A stretch of 55,735 nucleotides of DNA from Candidatus Giovannonibacteria bacterium (GTDB lineage Bacteria > Patescibacteriota > Minisyncoccia > JACPKW01 > UBA11713): the NCBI GenBank assembly GCA_016186825.1, contig JACPKW010000007.1:1-55735 (forward strand), given 5' to 3'. Position numbers and translations under genes: made by a program. Position 1 is the stretch's first letter. Every line of letters starts with the position of its first letter. Of the stretch, positions 27,827 through 36,553 are shown piece after piece. The notes below the pieces were generated by a model. It saw only the letters and a list, made by a program, of their open reading frames with translations. It searched no databases and was not told where the DNA came from.

Positions 27827-29008
27827 TTAGATAGTTTCAGGTTCAGTCCAAACATCCTGTTTCTTCCGGCTGACGGTGAGAGTCGATGTTTTTTTGACGT
27901 TAACTACGAGTTGGTTAATTTCTTTTTGAGTATCTGGAGATAAATTCTTCATTATCTTTTCCAGTTTCCTTTCATCCGCCTTCAGAATTTCATCCGCGCG
28001 TCCCAGTTTCAAAAGAATCTCCCTAACTTTTTCCATATCGTAAGTCCTTTTTTCTCCGCTCCGCCGCGTTATATAGCCTTCCTCGCCAAAAACACGTTCG
28101 TAGCCTTTATCATCCAAATACTGATGAATTTTTTGCTGGAGCATTTTTATTTTATCGTTATGGGACTCAACAGAATTTTTTAACTCAAAATAATCCTTAA
28201 CAATATTTTTAATCTCATTTTCGTCGGGCGCGGATTCTTTTTGATAAAGGTGCTTCCACATCGGGCAGAGCTGACGATAAGAACACCACTGGCACCATGG
28301 GCCGGGGAGAGGCGGGAAATCATTGGTTTTTTCTTTTAACGAGATTTCTCTGATCGTGCCAAGCACATCATTTTTAGTTTTTTCAAGAGCTTCAGGCCCC
28401 CGCGCTGATGAAATCTTTTCACCGTGTTCCAGAAAAATGAGCGATAATTTTACCTGTTCCTGCTTGATGTGCGGCCAGCGCTTCATCAAGCCTAGATTGT
28501 AAATAGAAAGCTGAAGATTATTATCAATCATTTCCTGCGAAGGCATTTTTCTCGAAGTTTTATAATCAATAATTTCGTAAGAGTTTTCACTTGGCTTGTC
28601 TATACGATCAATAATTCCGGCGAGAATATGGTTTTCCGCGCGTTCATGGTCTTCAATTAATACTTCGAAGCGTGATTCCAGATCCAAAATATTAAAATTC
28701 CAAGGCTGATTTTTTACAAAAAACTTTTTAAGAAGCATTTTTCCCTGTTCATGATAAAAATCTTTTTCTGAATCAGGAATATTTATTTTTTCTTTGATGC
28801 CCTGCCAATATTTGGAATAGTAATCAAGAATCTCATCCAGGGTAGGGAAGACGGGGTTACGCGTAAACATGAAATGGAGGGCTTTATGAATCGCCGTCCC
28901 AAATACCTGCTCTTTTGACTTGGGCCCTTTAATTTTATCAATTGCGCTGTATTTATATCTAAGCGGGCAAATTTTAAATGTCTCGAGTGCTGAATAAGAC
29001 GTTCTCAT
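27827..29008 (-). CDS. PD-(D/E)XK nuclease (RecB/AddB C-terminal-like, 4 Cys)
   Basis: SYSAL..F..CP, GTAIH, GIIDRID, IIDYKT, QL..Y, CQWCSYRQLC. Confidence 0.88.
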   Translation of the reverse strand: MRTSYSALETFKICPLRYKYSAIDKIKGPKSKEQVFGTAIHKALHFMFTRNPVFPTLDEILDYYSKYWQGIKEKINIPDSEKDFYHEQGKMLLKKFFVKNQPWNFNILDLESRFEVLIEDHERAENHILAGIIDRIDKPSENSYEIIDYKTSRKMPSQEMIDNNLQLSIYNLGLMKRWPHIKQEQVKLSLIFLEHGEKISSARGPEALEKTKNDVLGTIREISLKEKTNDFPPLPGPWCQWCSYRQLCPMWKHLYQKESAPDENEIKNIVKDYFELKNSVESHNDKIKMLQQKIHQYLDDKGYERVFGEEGYITRRSGEKRTYDMEKVREILLKLGRADEILKADERKLEKIMKNLSPDTQKEINQLVVNVKKTSTLTVSRKKQDVWTEPETI

Positions 29009-29047
29009 TTTGTAACTATAGCATGGCTATTTCATGTTCAGGGGGAG

Positions 29048-29056
29048 TGTGGATAA
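29048..29056 (-). promoter_or_regulatory. perfect DnaA box in the divergent nuclease/xer intergenic region
   Basis: TGTGGATAA = reverse complement of TTATCCACA. Confidence 0.45.
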
Positions 29057-29079
29057 GGCGTATTTGTGCGCAATAGTAT

Positions 29080-29107
29080 ACTTCGTATAATGTAGGTAAA
29101 GCGATGT
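29080..29107 (+). other. dif-like Xer recombination/binding site
   Basis: ACTTCGTATAA-TGTAGG-TAAAGCGATGT (11-6-11, imperfect inverted), 7 nt before the recombinase ATG. Confidence 0.55.
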
Positions 29108-29114
29108 ATAAACT

Positions 29115-30065
29115 ATGTTGAAGCCACTACCCCACTATTTAACAGATTTTTTAGAATATTCGGAGGTCGAAAAGGGCCTCTCTCCTACTACCGTAAAAAA
29201 CTATTCAAATTTTCTTAGGAAGTTTATTATTTGGCTTAACAAAAATAATTTAAAAAATATAAAACCAGCCGATCTCACTGAAGATCATATCTGGAAATAT
29301 CGTCTATGGCTCTCCCATCTTCCAAATAACACGAGGCGCAACATGCGCGGGCTTAATACATCTACCCAAACCCGGTATTTGATAGCTTTGAGGTCATTTT
29401 TAGCCTTTTTTCATGAAAAAAATATACCATCTCTGCCGACAGAAAAAATTAAGCTTCCGAAGGAGCGCAGTGAACGCCATGTTAAATTTTTGGAGTTGGA
29501 ACAAATCGACAAGCTCCTGAATGCTCCAAAAACTAAATCAATAATGGGAGTGCGTGATCGCGCCATATTGGAGATATTGTTCTCGACTGGGCTTCGCGTG
29601 CAGGAATTAGTTTCTTTGGATCGAAAAAATTTGGAAGGAGCTAAAAATAAAAACGATTTTGAGATGAGCGTGGTCGGCAAGGGCAATTATCCCCGCACAA
29701 TTTATTTTTCCGAGCGTGCGCTTCATTGGACTAAGAAATATCTATCCTTGCGTGAAGATGACGATTCGGCTCTTTTTGTCAGGCTCAAAGGCCCAGAAAG
29801 CCAGTCCTTGAGAATGACAACGCGCTCAATTGAACTTTTAGTCCAAAAATATGCAAAAATCGCCGGTCTTTCAATTTTAGCTACGCCGCATACGCTTCGC
29901 CACAGTTTCGCGACAGATTTATTGAATCAAGGTGTTGATCTAAGGACCGTGCAGGAATTTTTGGGCCACAGAAATATTGCTACAACTCAGGTTTACACGC
30001 ACGTAACTTCAAAAAGGCTTCGAGAAATTCATCGCAAATATCACGGCGGAAAAAATCTTTCTTAA
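29115..30065 (+). CDS. xerC: XerC/XerD-family tyrosine recombinase
   Basis: RDRAIL, TGLRVQEL, GKG, TPHTLRHSFAT, LGH, TTQVYTH. Confidence 0.9.
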   Translation: MLKPLPHYLTDFLEYSEVEKGLSPTTVKNYSNFLRKFIIWLNKNNLKNIKPADLTEDHIWKYRLWLSHLPNNTRRNMRGLNTSTQTRYLIALRSFLAFFHEKNIPSLPTEKIKLPKERSERHVKFLELEQIDKLLNAPKTKSIMGVRDRAILEILFSTGLRVQELVSLDRKNLEGAKNKNDFEMSVVGKGNYPRTIYFSERALHWTKKYLSLREDDDSALFVRLKGPESQSLRMTTRSIELLVQKYAKIAGLSILATPHTLRHSFATDLLNQGVDLRTVQEFLGHRNIATTQVYTHVTSKRLREIHRKYHGGKNLS

Positions 30066-30069
30066 ATTG

Positions 30070-30309
30070 CTATTTTTGAAAAAATTTGCTGATGGGATCC
30101 AGCACAAAACTTACGAGCGTATGCCAAACGTAAACGGCGGGAGCTGCAAGAAAATTATTCCAGACATAATTTAGGGCTTTGAATGTGATTGAAAAATTGT
30201 CTTTAAGAACCTGATTTTGGAATAGTTCTCCGAGAGAGATTCCAAGCAGACTGACGATAATGATAGATAATACGATTATGACTATGAGCTGGATGAATCC
30301 CTTTTCCAT
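30070..30309 (-). CDS. small membrane protein with prepilin-like N-terminus
   Basis: MEKG|FIQLIVIIVLSIIIVSLLG; ATG 30309. Confidence 0.6.
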   Translation of the reverse strand: MEKGFIQLIVIIVLSIIIVSLLGISLGELFQNQVLKDNFSITFKALNYVWNNFLAAPAVYVWHTLVSFVLDPISKFFQK

Positions 30310-30338
30310 CCTTTCATTATAAAGCGGATAATATTTTT

Positions 30339-31586
30339 TTATAAGTAATTCAGTGGATCGAGCGGTCCGCCGTAAGGCATGGGTCCGCAAAATCTGCTGT
30401 TGCGGATTTGGGATGTTTTTCCTCCGTAAACTGTGAAATGCAAATGAGGACCCGTAGTATATCCGGATTCACCGCTATAAGCGATTAAGTCTCCTCTTTT
30501 AACATTCTGGCCCGCTCTTATCTGAATCAGCGAGAGATGCCCGTAAACCGATGCGAGCCCGTTATTATGCCCAATCATGATCCATAGCCCGTAGGCTGCA
30601 TTTGGGCAGAAATTGTCGCTGTTTCCTGTCCCTTTGACTACGCCGTCTTCTGAGGCAAAAATCGGCGTTCCAAGTGCGGCTCTCAAGTCAATGCCATTGT
30701 GCCCCGTTTTACCGTAAATGTCGCTATTTTTTTGGGCAAAAGCAGTCAAGCCAAACTTTTGAGTTACATATGGCCGAGAGACCGGCCAGGCAAGTACGCC
30801 TTTGCGGGGTTGCGGAAGGCTGGAAGGATCTATTGCGAGCCTTAATTCATCTTCGATTTTTTTCATCTCGTCAAGGATTTCTGCGCGTTTTTTTTCACGG
30901 TCTCTAAGAAGGCGCTGATATTCCGCTTCTTTATTTTTTGTATCGATGAGAAGAGTATTTTTGCTTTTCTGCGTATTCAATGATATAGATTTTCTTGAGG
31001 AAAGCTCGTCAGATAATTTTTCTAGCGAGACTTTAACTTCAGTTTCATTCGCTTCTTTCGACTCGAGCTCAGTTTTAAGTTCTGTCAACCTCGAGACATC
31101 AACTCTCAAGGCGTTTTGAAGGCTAAGCAACCGCTCAAGATCGCCGAAAAAGTCGGAGAGCTCGTCGTTTGAAATCAAGATCTCTACGATGTTGGAATTT
31201 TCACTCTGATAAAGCGCGCGGAGAGTTTGGGCAATGGCATTCTTGCGATTTTTGATATCGGAAGTTTTCTCATCGATTTCAATAGAAATTTTTTCAAGCG
31301 CAAGTTTGGATGCACTAATCTTTTGTTCAGTGAATCTAATGTCAGCGTTTAGTTTCTTTATGATCGATTCAAGCCGTGCGATTTCATTTTTTAGCGTTTT
31401 TGCTTCGCCTTCCCGCCTCTCAATTTGCTTTTGATATAAAGCAATTTCTTTTTGGATGGCTTCGATCTGCGATTCGCGTTCTATAATCTGCCCCTCAAGC
31501 TCTTCAATGTTTTTTGCCCCGCTTTGTGGCAAGAGCATAAAAGAGATTAAAAAAGCAAATAATATTTTTTCAAAAGCCTTCTTCAT
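30339..31586 (-). CDS. M23 peptidase with long coiled coil (EnvC/MepM-like)
   Basis: Signal peptide, coiled coil, HNGID, YGHL, GPHLHF. Confidence 0.9.
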   Translation of the reverse strand: MKKAFEKILFAFLISFMLLPQSGAKNIEELEGQIIERESQIEAIQKEIALYQKQIERREGEAKTLKNEIARLESIIKKLNADIRFTEQKISASKLALEKISIEIDEKTSDIKNRKNAIAQTLRALYQSENSNIVEILISNDELSDFFGDLERLLSLQNALRVDVSRLTELKTELESKEANETEVKVSLEKLSDELSSRKSISLNTQKSKNTLLIDTKNKEAEYQRLLRDREKKRAEILDEMKKIEDELRLAIDPSSLPQPRKGVLAWPVSRPYVTQKFGLTAFAQKNSDIYGKTGHNGIDLRAALGTPIFASEDGVVKGTGNSDNFCPNAAYGLWIMIGHNNGLASVYGHLSLIQIRAGQNVKRGDLIAYSGESGYTTGPHLHFTVYGGKTSQIRNSRFCGPMPYGGPLDPLNYL

Positions 31587-31591
31587 GGGCG

Positions 31592-32908
31592 TTATCCTCT
31601 CAATAATTCGATCGCTTTCTTAACGCGCCGGAGCGATTCCTCTTTTCCCAAAATTTCAGAAATTTCAAAGGGGCCCGGGGAAGACTCCTTGCCTGAAAGA
31701 GCTGCACGAAAAGGCCATAAGAGCTCTCCCCTATCTTTGAATTCTTTGGCGTGTTCAAGAAATATTTTTTCCAGATATTCTTTTGTGAAATTTGCATCAT
31801 CAATCGATTCTATAATATTGTTCGAAATTTCAAGAGATTTGTTAATCTCGGCGTTTGTCATTTTCTTCCATTTAAGCAGCTCGGGATTGTATTTGGGTTC
31901 GACATTAAACATAAAAAATATTTTCGGAAGTTCGGAAAATGTGGTTAAGCGAGGCTTTTCAAGCTCTAGTATTTTGAGAACTCTTTCTTTATTAAACTCC
32001 ACTCCGCCAATTTTGAAGCTTTGGTCTTTCTCTCCATATTCCTTAACTCGTTCAAATAAGGTTTCTACCGGCATTCTTTTAATATATTCTCTATTTATCC
32101 AGTCTAATTTTGTCATGTCAAAAATAGCTCCGGACTTCTGCACATGCTCAAGTCTGAATTCGTTTGTAAGTTCTTCTAAAGAAAAAAGTTCCTTGTCGGA
32201 TTTGCTCGGATGCCAGCCTAAAAGAGCCACAAAATTTATAATCGCTTCTTTTAGATATCCTTTATGCAAAAAATCGTAAACGGACATTTCGCCTTCTCTT
32301 TTGGAAAGTTTTGCGCGATTTTTGTCCAGCAGGAGGGGTAGGTGCGCATATCTTGGTATTTCCCAGTCGAACGCTCGGTGGAGCGCTGCATATTTAGGCA
32401 TAGATGATATAAATTCTTCGCCGCGGATAACGTGAGTAATAGCCATATCATGATCGTCTACTAAATGAGCCAGATTGTAAGTCGGGTAGCCATCCGATTT
32501 TAGAATAACGAAATCTTCCTGAAGTTTGTTTTCTATTTTGATCTCCCCGCGGATTATGTCCTCAAACACAGTCGCGCCGTCTTTTATCATTTTAAAGCGA
32601 ACCGCATCTCCGTCCTTATACGCTGCCCCTTTATTGATCAGTTCTTGAGTGCATTCCCTGTATCTGTCTAAATTTTCTGATTGCCTAATCGGGCCTTTGT
32701 CAAAGTAGAGTCCAAATGTTTTTAAAGTCTCGATAATATTTTCTTCAGCTCCATCGACTGTGCGGGCTCGATCCGTATCTTCAATTCGCAAAATAAATTC
32801 TCCGCTATTTTGTTTAGCGAAAAGATAATTATAAAGAGCGGTCCTAAGACCGCCCAGATGAAGAAATCCAGTTGGGCTTGGGGCAAATCTTGTTTTAATT
32901 TCATGCAT
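31592..32908 (-). CDS. gltX: glutamate--tRNA ligase
   Basis: RFAPSPTG, HLGG, RIEDTD, HVIRGEE, KLSKR. Confidence 0.96.
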   Translation of the reverse strand: MHEIKTRFAPSPTGFLHLGGLRTALYNYLFAKQNSGEFILRIEDTDRARTVDGAEENIIETLKTFGLYFDKGPIRQSENLDRYRECTQELINKGAAYKDGDAVRFKMIKDGATVFEDIIRGEIKIENKLQEDFVILKSDGYPTYNLAHLVDDHDMAITHVIRGEEFISSMPKYAALHRAFDWEIPRYAHLPLLLDKNRAKLSKREGEMSVYDFLHKGYLKEAIINFVALLGWHPSKSDKELFSLEELTNEFRLEHVQKSGAIFDMTKLDWINREYIKRMPVETLFERVKEYGEKDQSFKIGGVEFNKERVLKILELEKPRLTTFSELPKIFFMFNVEPKYNPELLKWKKMTNAEINKSLEISNNIIESIDDANFTKEYLEKIFLEHAKEFKDRGELLWPFRAALSGKESSPGPFEISEILGKEESLRRVKKAIELLRG

Positions 32909-34028
32909 GCTCGAGGGCTAGTTTTACAATTTCTATCGCAATTTTATCCGCAGCGTCTATTTTCGAAAAAGTTTGCGCGACTTGCGACATGCCCTTTAAC
33001 CTGTCGAGGTTAACCGCAAGTTTTCGGATTTCAGAAATCAAAATGTGCGGGGACAAATTTTGTTCTTCAATTACAATCGCCGCACCGGAGCGCGCGTAGT
33101 TATAGGCATTTTCACGCTGATGGTTTTCGGCGGAGTTTGATAGCGGAACTAATATTGCCGGTTTTGCCCAAGCAGAGATCTCAAAAATCATGCCCGCACT
33201 TGCGCGCGCAACGACAATCAACGCCGCTTTTGAGGCGTTTCTTAATTCGCCTTCGGAAAGAAAAGGAAGCGCATGAAAGCGTTTTGCAAATCTTTCATTT
33301 TCGAGGATGAGTTTTGCCCTTCCGCGTATTTCATTGATGTTGTTTCGTCCAGTTTGCAGAATAATCTGATAATCTTTGATCAATTCGGAAAGCGAATCCA
33401 AAATTATATCATTTATTTTCTGCGCTCCCTGTGAGGCTCCCAAAACCAAAATAACAGGTATTCCCGCCTCCAAGTCAAAGACGGTTTGCGCTTCGTCGAT
33501 ATTACCGCCAAGCACTTGTTTTCTGATGGGATTGCCTGTAAGCGCGGTTTTTGATTCGGGAAAAAATTTAAGGCTAGACGCAAATGAGATAGAAATTCTT
33601 TTCGCAAAATGTGAGGCCCAAAGGCCTGTTTTGCCTGGAATTGTGTCGGAAATGTGGATTACGACCGGAATCCTGAAAAATTTTGCCGCAAAAAGAGTCG
33701 GAAAACTTGCGTAACCTCCGTTCGAAAAAATGACATCGGGGAAATTCATATAAACTATAAGAAGCGTTTTTATCAAACCCCACCCAGTTTTAAAAAAATC
33801 AAAAAAATTGGAGAACGAAAAATATCTCCGTATTTTTCCGGCAGGGATTTTTAAAAATCCAATTTGCTCTTCGCGGAGCATTTCAGGGTCAAATGGATCA
33901 TCAGAAATGAATTTTAAATTCATTTCAACAATGCGTTCGCGTTCCGCGATTTCTTTCAGTGCGCGCGCAACCGCAATCAGAGGGTAAAAATGCCCCCCAG
34001 TTCCTCCGCCTGCCAAAAGTATTTTCAT
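32901..34028 (-). CDS. murG: undecaprenyl-PP-MurNAc-pentapeptide GlcNAc transferase
   Basis: GGGTGGH, GGYAS, TGNPIR, GASQGA, HQRENA. Confidence 0.96.
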   Translation of the reverse strand: MKILLAGGGTGGHFYPLIAVARALKEIAERERIVEMNLKFISDDPFDPEMLREEQIGFLKIPAGKIRRYFSFSNFFDFFKTGWGLIKTLLIVYMNFPDVIFSNGGYASFPTLFAAKFFRIPVVIHISDTIPGKTGLWASHFAKRISISFASSLKFFPESKTALTGNPIRKQVLGGNIDEAQTVFDLEAGIPVILVLGASQGAQKINDIILDSLSELIKDYQIILQTGRNNINEIRGRAKLILENERFAKRFHALPFLSEGELRNASKAALIVVARASAGMIFEISAWAKPAILVPLSNSAENHQRENAYNYARSGAAIVIEEQNLSPHILISEIRKLAVNLDRLKGMSQVAQTFSKIDAADKIAIEIVKLALEHA

Positions 34029-34133
34029 CCCGTTAGAGGCAGATCGCGACGGGACTCGCTTTCTGCTTGATTTTAACTTTTATAAACATTTTGTTTTTTT
34101 TAATTAATTTAAATGTTTTAACTCTAACGGGAT
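34027..34133. mobile_element. MITE-like inverted-repeat element abutting the murG start
   Basis: ATCCCGTTAGAG(34027-38)...CTCTAACGGGAT(34122-33); TTCATCC repeated at 34024 and 34133. Confidence 0.7.
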
Positions 34134-34160
34134 TCATCCGATAAAGTTTTAAATGCTTAA

Positions 34161-35249
34161 CTAAATTTTTCGTGTCTTAGAGATATTTAAAAGAATTCCA
34201 ACTTCGGCAAGCGTGATTGCTAAGGCGCTTCCTCCCTGTGATACAAACGAAAGGGGAATTCCTGTGAGCGGTATTAAGCCTGTGAGCGCGGCTATATTGA
34301 TAAAAGATTGGAACAGAATAAGTATAACAATTCCTGTGGCTGACAGTCTAGAAAATGAATCTTCTGACCAAGCCGCAATAGAAAGCCCTCGCCATGCAAA
34401 TGCAAGGAAAATGATAATTATTGACAGACTTCCAATAAAACCAAATTCTTCGCTAGCAACCGAGAAAATTGAATCACCTACTGGTTCAGGCAAATATTGA
34501 AACTTCTGCATGCTCATTCCGAAACCGCGGCCAAATAAGCCTCCCGAGCCAATAGCTATTAGCGACTGGCGCAGCTGGTATCCCGAGCCCTGCGGGTCGT
34601 GCTCTGGATTCATGAATACGAGGATGCGTTCCATTCGATAAGGTTCAAGGCGTACCAAAATATAAAAGGATGCAATGCATATCAAAAATAAAACAAGGAC
34701 ATGTTTTTTGTTCCCGCCCGCAATCAGGAAGAGTAAGAGACCGGATAAAACCAAAACGCCAAGAGTCCCTAGATCCGGCTGCAATATAAGCAAAATAGCG
34801 CTCAAACCCGTAATAAAAAGGAAAGGCAAGAAACCATATTTAAAAGTCGGCAAAGCCTTTGATTTTGACGATAGCCACGCCGCTAAATATAAAATATATC
34901 CGAATTTTAGAAGTTCGGATGGCTGAAAGTTGATGGGCCCGAGCACAATCCAGCGCGTCGCACCGGCGTATTTGAAAGAAATTTGCGGAATAAAAACAGC
35001 GGCAGTGAGTAAAATCCCAAAAATAAAAATTAAAAGAGAGAAACGTTTAAGTTTTTTGTAACTTGTGCGCGCAAAAAAAATCAAAGCCGCGAGTCCCACC
35101 AAGCCTCCGCTAAGAAACTGCCTCAAAAAATAATAATAAGAAGGAAGCTCTTTTTTGGTTGTGAGTCCGATTGAAGCTGAAGTGAGAATAAAAAAACCCA
35201 TCAGCACGAGCGCTATTGTAAGCCATTTCAAAACCGGGTCCGCGCGCAT
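34161..35249 (-). CDS. ftsW: SEDS protein FtsW
   Basis: GATRW, FQPSELLK, QPDLG, GYQL, LPEPVGD, GIPLSFVSQGG. Confidence 0.95.
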   Translation of the reverse strand: MRADPVLKWLTIALVLMGFFILTSASIGLTTKKELPSYYYFLRQFLSGGLVGLAALIFFARTSYKKLKRFSLLIFIFGILLTAAVFIPQISFKYAGATRWIVLGPINFQPSELLKFGYILYLAAWLSSKSKALPTFKYGFLPFLFITGLSAILLILQPDLGTLGVLVLSGLLLFLIAGGNKKHVLVLFLICIASFYILVRLEPYRMERILVFMNPEHDPQGSGYQLRQSLIAIGSGGLFGRGFGMSMQKFQYLPEPVGDSIFSVASEEFGFIGSLSIIIIFLAFAWRGLSIAAWSEDSFSRLSATGIVILILFQSFINIAALTGLIPLTGIPLSFVSQGGSALAITLAEVGILLNISKTRKI

Positions 35250-35251
35250 AG

Positions 35252-36553
35252 TTAAAGGCGCCTGACTAATTTTTTAAAAATATCGCCGCGCTCCTCATAG
35301 CTTTTAAACTGATCAAAACTCGCAGTCGCCGGTGCAAGCAAGACAGCGTCACCGGGTATGGCTTTTTTATGCGCGATCAGGATTGCTGATTTTAAATCGA
35401 CTGCCGTCTTATATTTATTCGCACCTAACTGCTTTAATTTTTTAGCTATTTCATTTTTTGATTTTCCGAATAAAACAGCGTAACTGACATCGTTCTCTAA
35501 AAGCCTCTTAGCGAGTGGCGTCATGTCGAGGTTTTTATTAAGTCCGCCTGCAAGAACTATTTTCCTACCATTTATTGCGTCTATGCCGGCAATTGCTGAT
35601 TTAACATTGGTGGCTTTGGAATCATCATAATATTTTACGCCTTTGATATTCTTTACGAATTCAATTCTGTGCGGGAGCCCTCTGAATTGCTTAACAGTAT
35701 TTCTGATTATTGTTGGTTTTACAGCGCACGAAATTGCCGCAAGGGTTGCCGCCATAATATTTTTTTGGTCGTGCTTCCCAACGAGTTTTATTTCAAAAAG
35801 CGGGATGACCTTTTTATTTTTATAAATTATCCAGCCGTTTTTTGTGAAAATCGAGGACGGATGTGATATAGAATATCCGAGTTTTTTTGCCCGAGACAAG
35901 CGCGCGATTTTTTTGGAGTATTTATTATCGGCTGCATAAATTAGAGTATCAGAATTATGCTGGTAGAGCGCAATGTTAGCTTTTGCGTTCAAATACTCCG
36001 CAAAATTTTTATGCATATTGAGATGTTCCTCGTAGATATCCAGAAGAATTGCGACCTCGGGAGATTTTTTTAAATCTTGGAGCTGAAAACTTGAGAGCTC
36101 CATCACTGTAATCGAATTTTTTTTGAGCCTATTTAGAATAGAAAGCGCGTTTATGCCAATATTTCCGCAAAGATAGGCATCTTTGCCGGCATTTCTTAAA
36201 ATTTTATATAGCAGGGTCGCCGCCGTGGTTTTACCTGCTGAACCGGTAATCCCAATCACAGCCCCTTTTTTCAATTCGAAAAATAGTTTTGAGAGGCTCG
36301 ATAATTTATTTTTTAAGCCACTGAATTCGGGGGAATTATAAGGAACGCCGGGACTACGAAAAATTATATCAAACCGTTCCAGATTTTTAAGATAAGCGGG
36401 CCCAAGAACGGCTGCTGCTCCGTTTGGAATTTTTAAATCCCTTTTTCTATCTAAAATGGTGAAGTTGTGTCCACCGCTTTTTTTTAGAAAATTAAAAAGC
36501 GCCTGCCCTTCAAGTCCAAACCCGATAATGGCGACTTCTTTTCTATGCATCAT
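35252..36553 (-). CDS. murD: UDP-MurNAc-L-Ala--D-Glu ligase
   Basis: RSPG, ITGSAGKTT, ELSSFQL, DDSKATN, SFDQF..YEERG. Confidence 0.96.
   Translation of the reverse strand: MMHRKEVAIIGFGLEGQALFNFLKKSGGHNFTILDRKRDLKIPNGAAAVLGPAYLKNLERFDIIFRSPGVPYNSPEFSGLKNKLSSLSKLFFELKKGAVIGITGSAGKTTAATLLYKILRNAGKDAYLCGNIGINALSILNRLKKNSITVMELSSFQLQDLKKSPEVAILLDIYEEHLNMHKNFAEYLNAKANIALYQHNSDTLIYAADNKYSKKIARLSRAKKLGYSISHPSSIFTKNGWIIYKNKKVIPLFEIKLVGKHDQKNIMAATLAAISCAVKPTIIRNTVKQFRGLPHRIEFVKNIKGVKYYDDSKATNVKSAIAGIDAINGRKIVLAGGLNKNLDMTPLAKRLLENDVSYAVLFGKSKNEIAKKLKQLGANKYKTAVDLKSAILIAHKKAIPGDAVLLAPATASFDQFKSYEERGDIFKKLVRRL

Noticed and set aside
28840-28847. KOPS-like GGGTAGGG pointing toward the dif candidate
   Set aside because: A single octamer; KOPS identity in this lineage is unknown to me and polarity was not counted systematically.
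29077-29110. loxP contamination (15-nt match ACTTCGTATAATGTA)
   Set aside because: The right arm diverges strongly from loxP, there is no vector context, and the location next to a native Xer gene favours a dif-type site.
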